Positions 28,051 through 39,910 of a stretch of DNA of 64,000 nt are shown one piece after another. The position numbers and the translations under genes are program-made. The notes under the pieces are model-generated. The model was not told where the DNA came from. It did no database searches and was given only the letters and a program-made list of their open reading frames with translations. Positions within the stretch are counted from its first letter, which is position 1, and each line of letters starts with the position of its first letter. Source of the DNA: Myxococcota bacterium (lineage in GTDB: Bacteria; Myxococcota_A; SURF-8; G963663525); assembly GCA_963676915.2 (NCBI GenBank), contig CAXXVK010000004.1, positions 1 through 64,000 on the forward strand, given 5' to 3'.

Positions 28051-30705
28051 ATGAGCCCTGAAAAAAAAGCTCCGCTGAAATTCGGTGAATTCCTGGTCCG
28101 TCGCGGTTGGATCAAAGAATCGGATATGCTCGCCGTACTGGAACGACAAGCCCGGTATGGGGAACGAATCGGCGAGGCGATTGTCCGTCTGGGGCTGGTC
28201 GAGGAAAGCTCGATCATGGAAAGCCTCGCGGAATTCTGGGAAATTCCGTACATCGACCTTTTTACAGCTCAAATCGATCCTTCCGTTCTGCTGCTGCTCC
28301 CTCAGGATGTGGCTGAAAAACAACGCTGCATTCCTTTCGGACGAAAATTCAACGAGATTCAGGTAGCTTTCGCCGAACCGAGGAACCTCGATGACACCAA
28401 TGCCGTCGAGTTTGCTCTGGGAACACGCATTCGCCCGTTCCTTTCACGCTGGGAAGACATCGACTTTTTCCTGCATCGGTTTTACGAAGTCGGAGAGCGT
28501 GTCGGCCTGCATTCGATCAATCTCAACAAACTGGTCGCTGATGCCAAACCCTTGAATACCAATGACCTTTGGTCTCTTTCCCCAGAACCCAAAGAGGCGG
28601 ATAAAACAGTCGCCAAAGCGATCGAATCCGCCTTGATCAAAGGCCAGACCGAAGTCCGATTCGCCACTCGCGGCAAACAGATCCGAGTATCGGCACATAG
28701 TGAAAAAGGATCGGAAGTTCTTCTGCGCATGGATCGCGTCTCCGAACAGGGACTTTTCGAATCGGTCTTCCGTCTCAGCGGCTTACCCATCGACCAACTC
28801 AACGGATTCCAGCAAACCGGCTTTAAAATCGATTATGGAGAGGAACGGTTCATCGCCGTCCTGACCTTCAGCGTTTCCCATCTCGGTCCCATCGCAAGTA
28901 TGCGGCTCGTTCGGGAGGCAGTCAGCGAACGAACCATCGAACAGTTGGGAATGCCACCGACATTGCGGCAGAAAATATCAGACGAGGAATTCCTGTCGAG
29001 TGCCACCATGCTGTTCGTCGGTCCTCCGTATTCCGGCAAAAGCACCTCTGTCAGCGTTGCGCTGCGTCCGGTGGTAGCTCCCCAAAAACGATCGGTGATG
29101 ATCCTCGGCAAAGAAGTGGCCGAGCGTAAAAATTTCATCACCTTCAACATGTCCGAGGAAAAACGGTCCCAGGTTCAGGTCGTTACCGACGAAATCAAGC
29201 GCAAAGCACGCACCATCGTCGTGGACCCCATCAAGGAAACCGAAGCGCTTTCCTATATTCTGGCACAGCACGAAGGAGCCGAACGGACGGTCTTGGGCAC
29301 CATCCGAAGCGCCACACCGGATAAATTCTTCAATGGCCTGCGGGAAATGGGAATCAACGATTATCGCATCGCCCAGGGGCTTTCGTTGATTCTGTTCCAT
29401 CGATCCATCGTTCCTCTGTGTTCGATGTGCAAAATTCCTCATCCGTCACCGGAAGCCGCCATGAGCCTTCTGGGACTGAAATACTCCCCCGGCGTCACGT
29501 TTTACGCCGCCAAGGGGTGTCCGCGCTGCAAGCTTTCGGGACACCGAGGTCGAGTCATTTTGTACGAAATGATTCACCTGGACGACGAGATCCAGAACGC
29601 AATCCGCGATGGTGCGGATTACATGGCAATCCGCAAAATGGCGTCACGAAAGGGTTTTCCCACTCTGCTCGACCAGGGATTCAAATACGTGCTCGCCGGA
29701 ATGCTGGCCCCGGAAGACCTGCTCAACCTGTACTCCAGCACGTCGGTGGATGACAGTCCCGTTCCCAGAAGCGAACCGGATATCAACCTCGTACAATCGG
29801 TGAAAGAAAAGACCAAGGAACCGATGCCAGAGGAAGAGGACGACGACGAACTGGATACGTTGGAGGAAGAGTTACCGGCAGAGGCTCCATCGCCGCAGGA
29901 ACAGACGGAACCGGAATATCCGCTTCCCAGTGCGAGCCAACCGGTTTCGCTCGACGCCAATTATCTGGATTCCAATGAAATGAAAGTGGATGCCAAGCAT
30001 CCGTATTACTCAAGTCCCGAACCGGAACCCGTTCAGCAAACACCACAGAATTTCCAGTTTTGCAGCCAATGCGGCACACCGATGACCGAGGGTATGATCA
30101 ACTGCCCCAGTTGCGGTCACGCCATGTATTACCCCTGTTCCAGTTGCGGAGCGCCCGTTCACGAGGAATGGACTCATTGCCCGTACTGCAACCAGCAGAA
30201 TCCCTTGCAAAGCTGGGGTGCCGTTGCCCTCTACGATCCACAAAACCAGGCAAATTATAACCCTTACGAGCAGCAAAACTCACCCGGATCGGAAACGAAT
30301 TATTCCACCGAGCCAGGCGCATACGTTCATCGTGTGCTTGTGGTAGATGACGATCCCCGCTGGCGCAAAGCCTTGCAGGATCTTTTGATTCAAATCGGCG
30401 TGGAACCGATCACGGCTGTTGATGGACAACAGGGCGTGGAACTGGCCATGGCCTTGGCACCGAGCATCATCGTCACCGACATCGAAATGCCGCTACTAAG
30501 CGGATACGATCTGGTGCAGACCGTTCGAAGAACCCCTCAACTGGCCTATACACCCATCATTTTGCTGGACGATCCTCAAACGGCAGGCCAAGTCATTGGG
30601 CAATATTTGACGGCACACGACGACTTCCTCCCAAAACCTTTCAGCAAACGGGCATTCATACAGAAAGTCGGGCTGATGCTCAACCGTTTCACGTCGTCCC
30701 TCTAA
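28051..30705 (+). CDS. MshEN + degenerate GspE/PilB ATPase + double zinc ribbon + receiver domain protein
   Basis: KFGEFLVRRG...RIGEAIVRLG; Walker A GPPYSGKST; CSMC/CPRC; four CxxC at 30060-30190; VLVVDDD...TDIEMP...KPF. Confidence 0.8.
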   Translation: MSPEKKAPLKFGEFLVRRGWIKESDMLAVLERQARYGERIGEAIVRLGLVEESSIMESLAEFWEIPYIDLFTAQIDPSVLLLLPQDVAEKQRCIPFGRKFNEIQVAFAEPRNLDDTNAVEFALGTRIRPFLSRWEDIDFFLHRFYEVGERVGLHSINLNKLVADAKPLNTNDLWSLSPEPKEADKTVAKAIESALIKGQTEVRFATRGKQIRVSAHSEKGSEVLLRMDRVSEQGLFESVFRLSGLPIDQLNGFQQTGFKIDYGEERFIAVLTFSVSHLGPIASMRLVREAVSERTIEQLGMPPTLRQKISDEEFLSSATMLFVGPPYSGKSTSVSVALRPVVAPQKRSVMILGKEVAERKNFITFNMSEEKRSQVQVVTDEIKRKARTIVVDPIKETEALSYILAQHEGAERTVLGTIRSATPDKFFNGLREMGINDYRIAQGLSLILFHRSIVPLCSMCKIPHPSPEAAMSLLGLKYSPGVTFYAAKGCPRCKLSGHRGRVILYEMIHLDDEIQNAIRDGADYMAIRKMASRKGFPTLLDQGFKYVLAGMLAPEDLLNLYSSTSVDDSPVPRSEPDINLVQSVKEKTKEPMPEEEDDDELDTLEEELPAEAPSPQEQTEPEYPLPSASQPVSLDANYLDSNEMKVDAKHPYYSSPEPEPVQQTPQNFQFCSQCGTPMTEGMINCPSCGHAMYYPCSSCGAPVHEEWTHCPYCNQQNPLQSWGAVALYDPQNQANYNPYEQQNSPGSETNYSTEPGAYVHRVLVVDDDPRWRKALQDLLIQIGVEPITAVDGQQGVELAMALAPSIIVTDIEMPLLSGYDLVQTVRRTPQLAYTPIILLDDPQTAGQVIGQYLTAHDDFLPKPFSKRAFIQKVGLMLNRFTSSL

Positions 30706-30726
30706 TCCAAAGCCAATTTTTCACCA

Positions 30727-31125
30727 ATGCGTCATTTTGGAATCTTTTGGTCCTGTTTGTTTCTACTTTTCACACTATTGGGTTGTGAAAACTATTGCAT
30801 CGAAGAAAATGACCTTCTGTGGGATCCTCCCGAGGATCGCTATCGGCTAGAGATCAGCAACCAATCGGAATTTATGGTGAAACTGAACGTTGACGACGAA
30901 GAAGTCGGCGTTTTTTGCGCGGGTGTCAAGCGCTTGCCCGTCGGGGACTTCCCGCGTTCGACCTGCAGCCGCATTCGTGTAACCTACCTGGACAACCCCT
31001 CGTCACTCCAACTCGACGATTGCGATATTTTCAGCAAGGAAGACTGTCTGGCCAACAACACGGAAAACCGGACCTGCTACGACACCACGTTCATCGAGCG
31101 GGTAGAAGCCAAAGTTAAACGCTAG
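30727..31125 (+). CDS. Hypothetical Cys-rich lipoprotein
   Basis: Lipobox LLGC, 132 aa. Confidence 0.7.
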   Translation: MRHFGIFWSCLFLLFTLLGCENYCIEENDLLWDPPEDRYRLEISNQSEFMVKLNVDDEEVGVFCAGVKRLPVGDFPRSTCSRIRVTYLDNPSSLQLDDCDIFSKEDCLANNTENRTCYDTTFIERVEAKVKR

Positions 31126-31140
31126 AAATACAGGGAAACT

Positions 31141-31169
31141 TTGCCCCATCCTCTCCAACTTGCTATAAT
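31141..31169 (+). promoter_or_regulatory. Sigma70 promoter, extended -10
   Basis: TTGCCC-17nt-TATAAT with TG extension. Confidence 0.55.
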
Positions 31170-31504
31170 GAATGGACGTTTTGGTGACTATACGGAGATT
31201 TCCGTTTCCGGCGCGTGCTCTTCCGCAAGCCCTGAGGTTTTGCGAGAAACCTGCATCGACGTGCAACCTGTTGATTTTTCAATTGTTTCACGATTTTTAT
31301 ACAACTGACTTTCCAAGCTGTTTGTACAAAAAATTTCGTTGAACGCCATGAAATTCTTCCGGTTTGCTGTGTTTTGCAGTCTTTTGTGCAAATTTTCCTG
31401 GTCGCGTGGAAGACATTTTTCTTCCAGGATCTCGACTTCGGTGTAAAAACGTTGGAACGGCAACGAACAGCCACAAACGAACCCAACCGGAAATGGTGAG
31501 GAAA

Positions 31505-32014
31505 ATGTCTCAAAAGGAAAAAGAAAGTTCCGACATCAATGTGGATCTTGCCAAAATCAAAACGAAACTAAGTCAGGAGGACGCCGGTCTGCTGAGAAAA
31601 TTCCTGAACAAAGGCAAAGGAGTTATCAGTTCGACCGAAGACAACGTGCGTTCGATCGTGGGAGAATTGACTCTTCCCAAAGAGTTGATGAACTACTTCA
31701 TGACGCAGATCGATCGGACGAAAAGCGATATCGTCAACCTGATCGGGCGCGAAGTTTCCCAGTTTCTCCAGGCTACGAACGTTTCCGAGGAAGTGGTCAA
31801 AGCCTTGAGTCAACTGGAAATTTCGGTCAAAGCTGAAGTAAAATTCCGGCATAGCTCGGAATCTCCCGACTCGGAAAAAAACGGTAGTTCCAAAACAAAC
31901 GACAGCCAGACATTGCCTCCAATCACAATTACGACTAAAACTACTTCCGAGACTTCCGGAAACGATGCAAGCGGAGGTTTTCTGAATCGTAAAAAACGTT
32001 CGAAGAAAGACTGA
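31505..32014 (+). CDS. Hypothetical helical protein, resembling a conserved myxobacterial family
   Basis: TEDNVR...LPKE..Y...Q..RTK......E...FL pattern recognised from memory; GAGG RBS. Confidence 0.65.
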   Translation: MSQKEKESSDINVDLAKIKTKLSQEDAGLLRKFLNKGKGVISSTEDNVRSIVGELTLPKELMNYFMTQIDRTKSDIVNLIGREVSQFLQATNVSEEVVKALSQLEISVKAEVKFRHSSESPDSEKNGSSKTNDSQTLPPITITTKTTSETSGNDASGGFLNRKKRSKKD

Positions 32015-32020
32015 TTCGGC

Positions 32021-32413
32021 ATGAAGACGCCTTTTTACCGAAAAACCTGGTTCGTGCGCGGTCTGATCGTCCTCCTTACGGGGATTTTCTGTTCGCTGTA
32101 TTCCGAGTGGCATCTCGGGCAACTGGAGCAGAAATACAGTGACCTCGGAAAAACCAAAACGGATCTCATTTTAGAGGACATTCAAAATCCACAAGGAGCC
32201 GTTCCGCTAGACAATAAAAAGGCGACGAAAGAAGAAGTCGAAGAACTCAGCGCTGCGAAAATCAACTACAGCCGGTCGAAAATCACCATTTATTTCGGAT
32301 ATGTACTGGCTTTCGCCGGAGTCATGCTGATGCTGATTTCCGGTAAGGAACGAGAAGTCCCCAGCATCGAAGACCTGGACGACGATGAAGACCAAACCCA
32401 TACAACCACTTAA
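32021..32413 (+). CDS. Hypothetical 2-TM protein
   Basis: Two hydrophobic helices; 6 nt after the previous stop. Confidence 0.65.
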   Translation: MKTPFYRKTWFVRGLIVLLTGIFCSLYSEWHLGQLEQKYSDLGKTKTDLILEDIQNPQGAVPLDNKKATKEEVEELSAAKINYSRSKITIYFGYVLAFAGVMLMLISGKEREVPSIEDLDDDEDQTHTTT

Positions 32414-32437
32414 ATAAATACGAGCAAGAGGAAAACC

Positions 32438-34556
32438 TTGAGCGATCCAAGCCAAAAAGACCGCAAAAACGAACAGGCAAACGAAGCCGAGGAAACCAGC
32501 TGGACGAAACCACGGGTTCCGTTCAGGAATCCGACGTGGATTCGTTTCTCGAAAAGGCGAAAGATACTCCCGAAGAGGAGGATTTCGATTTTTCGTTGGG
32601 AAAATCAACGGCCGAATCCGAGCCGGTTCGTGAAACCCACGAAACCGCTTCGCCAAAGGAAGAGTCCGCCGCTCAACAGGATACCGAGGAAAACGCTTCG
32701 AGCGACGAGGAAGACTCTGAATCGGAAACGGAAGACGAAGAGGAACCTAGCGACGATTCTTCCGTCTCCAGCCCGGATATCGCACTTGAGCCGAGCCTTG
32801 CCGCTACAACCTATGACGATGACGAGTACCCGGAAGCTTTTCGTCCCAAAGTGCGTCCACAGACGGATTCCAGACCGAAAGCTACCACAGCTACGAATAC
32901 GAACACGTATGATGACTACGCTTCGGATGAATATTCTTCGGACGATTACGACGATTTGTTGGGAGAACCGGAAAAACCGGATCAACCCGCCTGGCTGCTT
33001 GGAATTTTACTCGTACTGGGAGGCGTGACACTCTTTCGACTGTGGGTACTTGAAGGAATAGGACTGGGCGACGCAGAAGCCTACTACTATGCATGGTCAC
33101 GCGATATCAGCTTGGGATACTACGATCATCCGCCGCTCGTGGCCTGGCTGATCGGTTGGGCAACGTCCTGGTGGGGAGAAACCGAGGTCGCCGTCCGGCT
33201 GTTTTCCATGGTGTCGTTCGTCGTTGCGGGATTGTCTCTGGGGCTGTTCACACACGGCGTATTTCGCAGTTGGAGCGCCGCCGGAGCCGCCGTGTTGTTG
33301 TTCGCTCTTTCGCCGGTATTTTTCCTGGGAGGCGTCGCCGCCGCTCCTGATCCTCACCTGATGGCCGGATGGATGATGGCCGTAGCAGGTATCCATCGCT
33401 GGGTCACGGAAGAAAAACGCGGCTGGCTGATTCCGGTTGCCGTCGGTATCGCCATTGCCCTGTTGGCAAAATATACGGCTGTAGTCCTGCCGGTTTTGAT
33501 CGTGCTGTACGTCCTGTTCGCCCTTCCCCGCCGATTTTTCGCCCCCGGCTTCTGGATGGCGATAGGAGGCGGAACGGCCATCGGTATCCTGCCGGGACTG
33601 GTCTGGAACCTGGAGCACGACTGGGCGGGGCTGTTTTATCACCTGATCGACCGCCACAAAGGCGCAGGATTCGACCTGGATTCCGTGCTGCTGTTTTTCT
33701 CGGGACAGGCCATGTATCTGTCTCCCGGCATTTTCGTGCTGGTATCGATCGCCGCTATTGCGTTGCTGCTTAGATTATCGCGCTGGGGCAGGAAAAACAG
33801 CCTGGCGCTGTTCTTCCTTGGCTTCATTCCACTCGTTGCGTTTTCGATACTAAGCGTCTGGACCAACACCAGCGAACCTCATTGGACCGTCCCTGGCTGG
33901 CTACCGTTATTCGCTGCCGGAGGCTGGTTGTTGAGTTGTATCCAACATAGTACCAACCGCAAGTTCGCCTACGTCGCCACGGTGGGATTGGCAGCAATGT
34001 TCGACCTCGCCGTCGTGGTACACGTCACCACGGATTACGGTATCAAAAATCGCCCGAAGCCTTCGGAGATCCTGACTGGAGCCAGGACGTTTCCAACGAT
34101 CTCGTGGTCCTGGGACGGCATTGGCAGGGATATCCAAATCAAAGCCCAACAGGAACGGGCAAGCTTCGCCGTGTCCTACCATTACACGATGTGTGGACAA
34201 TTGACGTGGGCCACGCGGGGAGAACTGCCGGTCACTTGTGTCCCAGACAGTCCAGGCCGACGCGACGCCTTCACGTTCATGACTCCCCCCAAGGTTGAGG
34301 GACGCAATGGAATCTTCGTCGGAGACAACCGCTTCGATCGCGACCCGCACGACCTGATTTCCTGTTCGTCCATCCGCGAAATCGGAACACAGCCCGTTAA
34401 CCGGGGCAGGGGGAAACCGTAAGGAAATTCACGTTTTACCTATGCCAGAACTATCGAGGACCGGGAAAAAACGCTCAAAAGCCAACCTCGTGTGAAAACC
34501 CGACCGGATTTCGAAGAGCCATACGAGCCACCGCCTCGTCAACGTCGCGTGCGTGA
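32438..34556 (+). CDS. GT39/ArnT-PMT-like glycosyltransferase with acidic N-terminal extension (frameshifts near both ends)
   Basis: DAEAYYYAWS...GYYDHPPL, PDP, LAKYT, WN..HDW, PHW; main frame 32536-34422. Confidence 0.8.
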
Positions 34557-36022
34557 TATCTAACCCGGAATTTCCGTGGAGATCGCCCGTAAACCACAAG
34601 CGCTTGATGTGGAAAGATTTTTGGCTGCTTGTTCTGGCCCTGACCGTTTTTGCATCGGTACGTTGGGCGGCGTCGCTGGCGTTTCCCTGGACCGTCGATG
34701 AAGCGTATTTATCGGCTATGGTCGGAACATCTTTCCTGGTCGTACTTCGACCATCCACCGTTGATCGCCTGGATTCTCGCCGCCGTTCGGCAATTTTTCG
34801 AGCTTTTCGGCCCCAAAACCATCGTTGGAACTGTGCAGGATCTTGCGCTCGTTCGTCTTCCTGCCGCCTTTCTGACCGTAGCCTTCGGCTTATCCATGGC
34901 CAACTGGCTGCATCGTCGTGGATTCAACCGAAAAAGCGCCATTGGCGGGACATTCGCAGTACTTACCGTACCGTTATTTGCAGCGGGAGGCGCGCTGTTC
35001 ACACCGGATTCTTTAGTGATTCCCTGCTATTGGCTGGCTTTCACAGCCTGGGAACGCGCTCTGAGTTCATCCAAACGCAAACACGCATTACATTTTGGAA
35101 TCTGGCTCGGACTGGGTCTGCTTTCGAAATACTCGATGATTCTTATACTTCTTCCGGTTCTGCTTTCTCTGCGTGAATCGTCTTCTCGGAAAAAGGACGC
35201 TTCAAGCCTTATTTCTCTGCTTCGATTCCGGCTCTAATCCTGGTTTCTCCCGTTCTCGTCTGGAATTATTCCCACGATTGGGCGTCTTTTAGTTTCCAAC
35301 TCGATCATGGATTGGGAGGCGACTTCAACCCGCTAGGGTTGCTCGATTTTCTCGGAAGTCAGGGGTTTGCTATTCGGCCCACCCCTGCTGCTGTTGTTCG
35401 GTCTGAGCGCAAAAAAAACAGGGAATAAAACGTTTCGTTCGCAACGAGTCGAATTTGTTGCTTTTCGCACTCACTCCGTTCGCTTTCTTCGCTTTCGCTT
35501 CCCTCTTCGCTCTCCCGGAAGCGAACTGGCCCGCCATCGGCTACCCTCCCCTTTTGCTATGGATCATCGTAACCACCGCCCGAGTTTTTCCCAAAGCCAG
35601 CCAGTGGATCGCAGCCAACAGCCTTGTAGGAGTGGTCCTCCTCGCCGTCCTGCTGGTGTGGCCCTGGACCGGCCCGTTGCATGGTCCGATCGCGTCCCGG
35701 CTCTGCCAGGGAGAATTTTCCACACTGTTGCAGGAAAACGGAGTCGAAACAAACACCCCACCGATTATCGTACAACGTTATGAAATCTTTACGGATTTAT
35801 ACCTTGCTGGAAGGAATTCTGGGAAGGATCTGTTCCTGGACAGTCCACGCGGTGAAGGCATTGGGAATCGCTCCGCCGAAGTCACTCCGTTTCGATTCGG
35901 AAGTCGTCCGTATCGGCTATCTTCCCTGCTTGCCGGAAGAAACCCTCCTGGTACGTCGTTCCAGAAACGAACTTCTTGCTAGGCACCCTGAAAGCGTCTT
36001 TGTATGCCGTACGTTCCCTTGA
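34553..36022 (+). CDS. Second GT39/ArnT-like glycosyltransferase (multiple frameshifts, ends approximate)
   Basis: DEAY, YFDHPPL, TPDS, LSKYS, WNYSHDW and EANW spread over several frames. Confidence 0.7.
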
Positions 36023-36105
36023 CCGCTTCGGGCATTTCTGATACCAAGGAAAGTAGAATCGTCTAACCTGTTGTTTTCAAAGATGTTCTCTTCCACGGAT
36101 GATTC

Positions 36106-37078
36106 ATGAAAATTTTCCAGGGATTTCGCGATAATCAAGAATTGGAAGCGCTGGATCGACGCCGGAGCGAACGAGTTTTATACGTCCGTCACCGAAACGC
36201 CGGAGATCGATCTACGCAACCACTACCCGCCGGAATACGGGCTGACCTCCACCGACGAACTTCGGGAAGCGCTGGAAATCCTGCATTCCAACGGCAGCGC
36301 TCTGTTTATCGCTATCAACGATACGTTTTACAGCGACGAAGATGTCACCGAGGCGCACGAGCAGATCCTCCGCTTGCGGGACTACGGTGTGGACGGCATC
36401 ATCACCCCCAGCGTGGCGCTGTTGATCGAATTGCAGGAAGGCGACTACGACGGGGAAGTCTGCCTGAGTACCATGCAACCGGTGTTCAACGTCGAAAGTT
36501 ACCGTTTTTTCAAGCAATTCGGGTTAACACGTACGGTATTTCCCGAGCAGGTCGGAGCACACGAAGTACGGGAGATTCTCGACGACGCAACGATGCAAAC
36601 CGAGGCGTTTTTTCCTGTTATCCCACGACTGCATCAACATTGAGCCGTACTGTCTGTTTCACCATCAGGAGCCATAAATACCTAACCGTCACTCCCACGA
36701 AAGATTACGAGCATTGCCGGACCATGCCCGAAGTGAAAACGATTCGGGATACGCCGGACGGTCTTGGGCTTAAAATGGTGAAAGAGCAGTTTTTATCTTT
36801 CGACCGTTTCCACATCAACGATAACGGAAACCTGTATGATTTCCACCGTTTCGGATTGGATTACCTGAAGATGGGCAATCGTCCGTTCCTGTTGGATCAC
36901 AAACTGATGGTGCTGGAAATCGCCCGTGAATTTCTCGAACGGCTCGAAGATCCTGCTCTGTCGCGGGAAGATTTTTCTCGAACAATCCGCTCTGATTACC
37001 CAGGAGGCGATGCTCCGGCGAGACATCCACTCCATTCCGAAAATGTGCACATGGTATTTGAAACAGCGAAATGTCTGA
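36106..37078 (+). CDS. U32 family Fe-S protein, UbiU/TrhP-like (frameshifted)
   Basis: Reconstructed MKIF...DAGANEFY...IAIN...GVDGII...LST....FN...R.VFP...CINIEPYC...HC...LKMGNR. Confidence 0.7.
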
Positions 37079-37896
37079 TCCCACCGGCGCTGGCTTCTTT
37101 TTCGAAAGACGCCAACCGCTACGGCAGGATGTATCTGGGAAGCGAAACTTGCGAGTGGCTGTTGCCGAACCTGCAAGAAGTCGAACAGGCGTTGCAGATT
37201 GGCAACCGGGTATCGTTGCTCACTCCGCCGGTGACGAGTCTCGGACTGAATAAAATCCGGCGAATTCTGGAGCATTTAAGGGACGACCAACCTACACTGG
37301 AGATCGTCGCAAACGATTTCGGCGTATTGGAAATCCTGAAGAATTTCGATACTTTTACACCGGTACTGGGCCGAATTCTGACGAAAAATTTCATCGAAAT
37401 CATCGATGGAAACACGTTGGGCGTCACGACCTCGAAGGCGTTGGATTTTTTACATCGGGACTATCGCGTCTCTCGGCTGGAGTTAACCAGCTACCCGAAA
37501 AAACTGGCGTTCCCACCCCCGGATTCGTTGAAAAAGTTTTCGCTTTCCATGGTTTACCCGCTTCAGAACCTGACGACCTCCCGCCAGTGCGTGTTCCGTT
37601 TTCACAACGTTTCACCCTTGAAACGGGTGGATCAAGTCGGCTGCTCCCGCCGTTGCCTGGGTCGGGCGTTTCGCATTCGTTTTCCGAACATGGTGAAGGA
37701 AGATCTTTTCCTCAAAGGCAACACCCTCTATTCCGAAACAGGCAAAATGCCCTACTCTGCCGCCGAATTGAAACGGTTGGGCGTAGATCGACTCGTGGGT
37801 GATGTCTCTCAGCGATGGAACGGAGACTTCGTAAACAACAGATCAATGACCAAAGAAAAAAGCCGCCTCAAATTCCGAGACGGCTTTGTCGTTTAA
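37071..37896 (+). CDS. Second U32-like Fe-S protein, UbiV-like (start approximate)
   Basis: RMYLGSETCEWLLP, ANDFG, LGR, TSRQC...C.RRC, KGNT. Confidence 0.65.
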
Positions 37897-37908
37897 TGTC
37901 CGATATTT

Positions 37909-38960
37909 CTAGACAATCTCGATTCTCGCGCCTTGGCCATCCCAGGACATGGCCTTTCCGATTTCGTACGGTTTTTTCTCCCGTGTTTGCGAGCGAGATC
38001 CATCACCTCGGCGACATCCTCCTGCTTGCAAAACTACACAGAAACCGATACCACAGTTAAAGGTTCGGTCCATGTCCTCTCGGGGTACGTTACCTTCACG
38101 AGCAAGCGTCTTGAAGACCTCCAACTCCGGCCAACTCGAACGCTCCAGCTTCGCGCCGATGCCTTCGGGCATCACACGGGTGCAGGTTGCCCGGCAATCC
38201 GCCGCCGGTGATGTGAGCGAATCCTTTGACCAATCCGCGTTCGGCGAGCACCAACGCCGATTTTACATAAATCCGTGTCGGCTCTAGCAACACATCCGCC
38301 ACGGTGCCATCCACACCGGGGAACGGGTCGTTGGCACTCAAGCCCATACGTTCGAAAACGATCTTACGTACCAGCGAAAACCCGTTGCTGTGCACGCCCG
38401 AGGCACCCAAGCCGATAATCGCGTCTCCCGGTCTGAATATCCCGGCCATCCACTAGCCGGTCGCGATCCACCGCACCGACCGAGAACCCGGCCAGCTCGT
38501 ATTCGCCCGCATTCATCATGCCGGGTAATTCGGCGGTTTCCCCACCGATCAACGAACACCCCGCCAACTCGCATCCTTTGGCGATACCCACCACCACCTG
38601 TTCACCCTCTTCGGCCTTCAAACTTCCCGTGGCGAAGTAATCGAGGAAAAACAGCGGCTCGGCACCCAACACCGCGATATCGTTGACACACATGGCGACC
38701 AGATCGATTCCCACCGTATCGTGACGGTTCGCCTCACGGGCGATGATCAACTTTGGTACCCAACGCCATCGGTGCCGCTGACCAGCATAGGGTGTTTGAA
38801 TTTCTCCAGATCCGAGCGCGAAGAGAGCCCCAAAACCTCCCAGATCGGTACGAACTTCGGGCCGAAACGTCTTGCGGGCCAAAGGCTTGATGAGATCGAC
38901 CATGCGTTCGCCTTCGTCGATATCCACCCCTGCGTCTTTATAGGTAATCGAATCGCCCAT
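37909..38960 (-). CDS. purM: Phosphoribosylformylglycinamidine cyclo-ligase (frameshifted)
   Basis: [62 protein letters not shown]. Confidence 0.9.
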
Positions 38961-39042
38961 GCTTTCCTCCTCGCGGTTCCAGAAAGTCGCGTATCCTAGC
39001 CACGAGAACGGCTGGCGTCAAGCCTAGATGACCGATTGATAT

Positions 39043-39891
39043 CTAAAAATCCGTGATCGCCTGCAACGGTTCTCGCGGGTAAATCACGCAATGGTTGGGC
39101 GGCATGGAATTGTAAACCCAAATCGATATCCATACTTCCGGTTTTCACGCCGAATACCCGACGGAAACCACCGAATGTCCCCCTCGCCAGCACGCTTTCC
39201 ATAGCCATCGTCAGACCGAACACCGCCAGCGGCTGACCGGGTTGCAACCCGGAGATTTCTTGCCCATAAGCCAATGTTGAAAACGCCAGGCGGCGACTGT
39301 CGGCAGCCTGGCACTGCAACAGAGGAACGATCACCGGATACCCCTGTTCATTGAGGAAAGAAACGAATTTGAGCGTATCCAGTCGTTTGAACAGCGCGTC
39401 GGACCAGGAGTTGAGAACGGTTTCCTTGCCTGGCCGTTTTGAAACGATTTCGAACGAGTTTTGTCAAAATGGAGGCCGGAATAATCGCATGCAACGGCAA
39501 GGATTCCTGAAATCCCGCCTCGACGAGATCGAGGTAATGCACCGTGTTGATTCCGAAATAACTGTTGTAACGGTACATCGGCTTGTCGTTGTACATTTCG
39601 TATTCCGGGCCTTCGGTACGAGCATCTTTCCATAAGGCACGCCCCCGCCAGAGTTGCCGCGCCATATTCATGATCAGGAAACCCACCTTCGGATTTTCCT
39701 GCATGTTCCGTTTACTCAGCCCTTTGCTGAACTCCCCGATAATCATCTCCTTCGGACCGTTCGCTTGAATCGAGGTCAACAACGAAAGATGCGGCAATCC
39801 CTTGGGATCGACCGTAAGCCACCAGCCCGACTTTCGCGCTGGGCTCGAATTGCTTCATTTCGTTTTCGAAAAATTCGGTTCTCGTGCGCAT
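39043..39891 (-). CDS. Pyridoxamine 5'-phosphate oxidase-like (split-barrel) protein (frameshifted)
   Basis: KVGLVA...GLPHLS...SK.N..ENPKVGF; second half ends WVYNSMPP...IYP; AAGGAG RBS. Confidence 0.6.
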
Positions 39892-39910
39892 CGGATGGCT
39901 CCTTTTTCCG

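Noticed and set aside
36106-37896. Single 596-aa ORF as one fused protein
   Set aside because: Its N-terminal third is out-of-frame nonsense. Motifs are better explained by two overlapping U32 genes (ATGTCTGA at 37071-37078) with indels.
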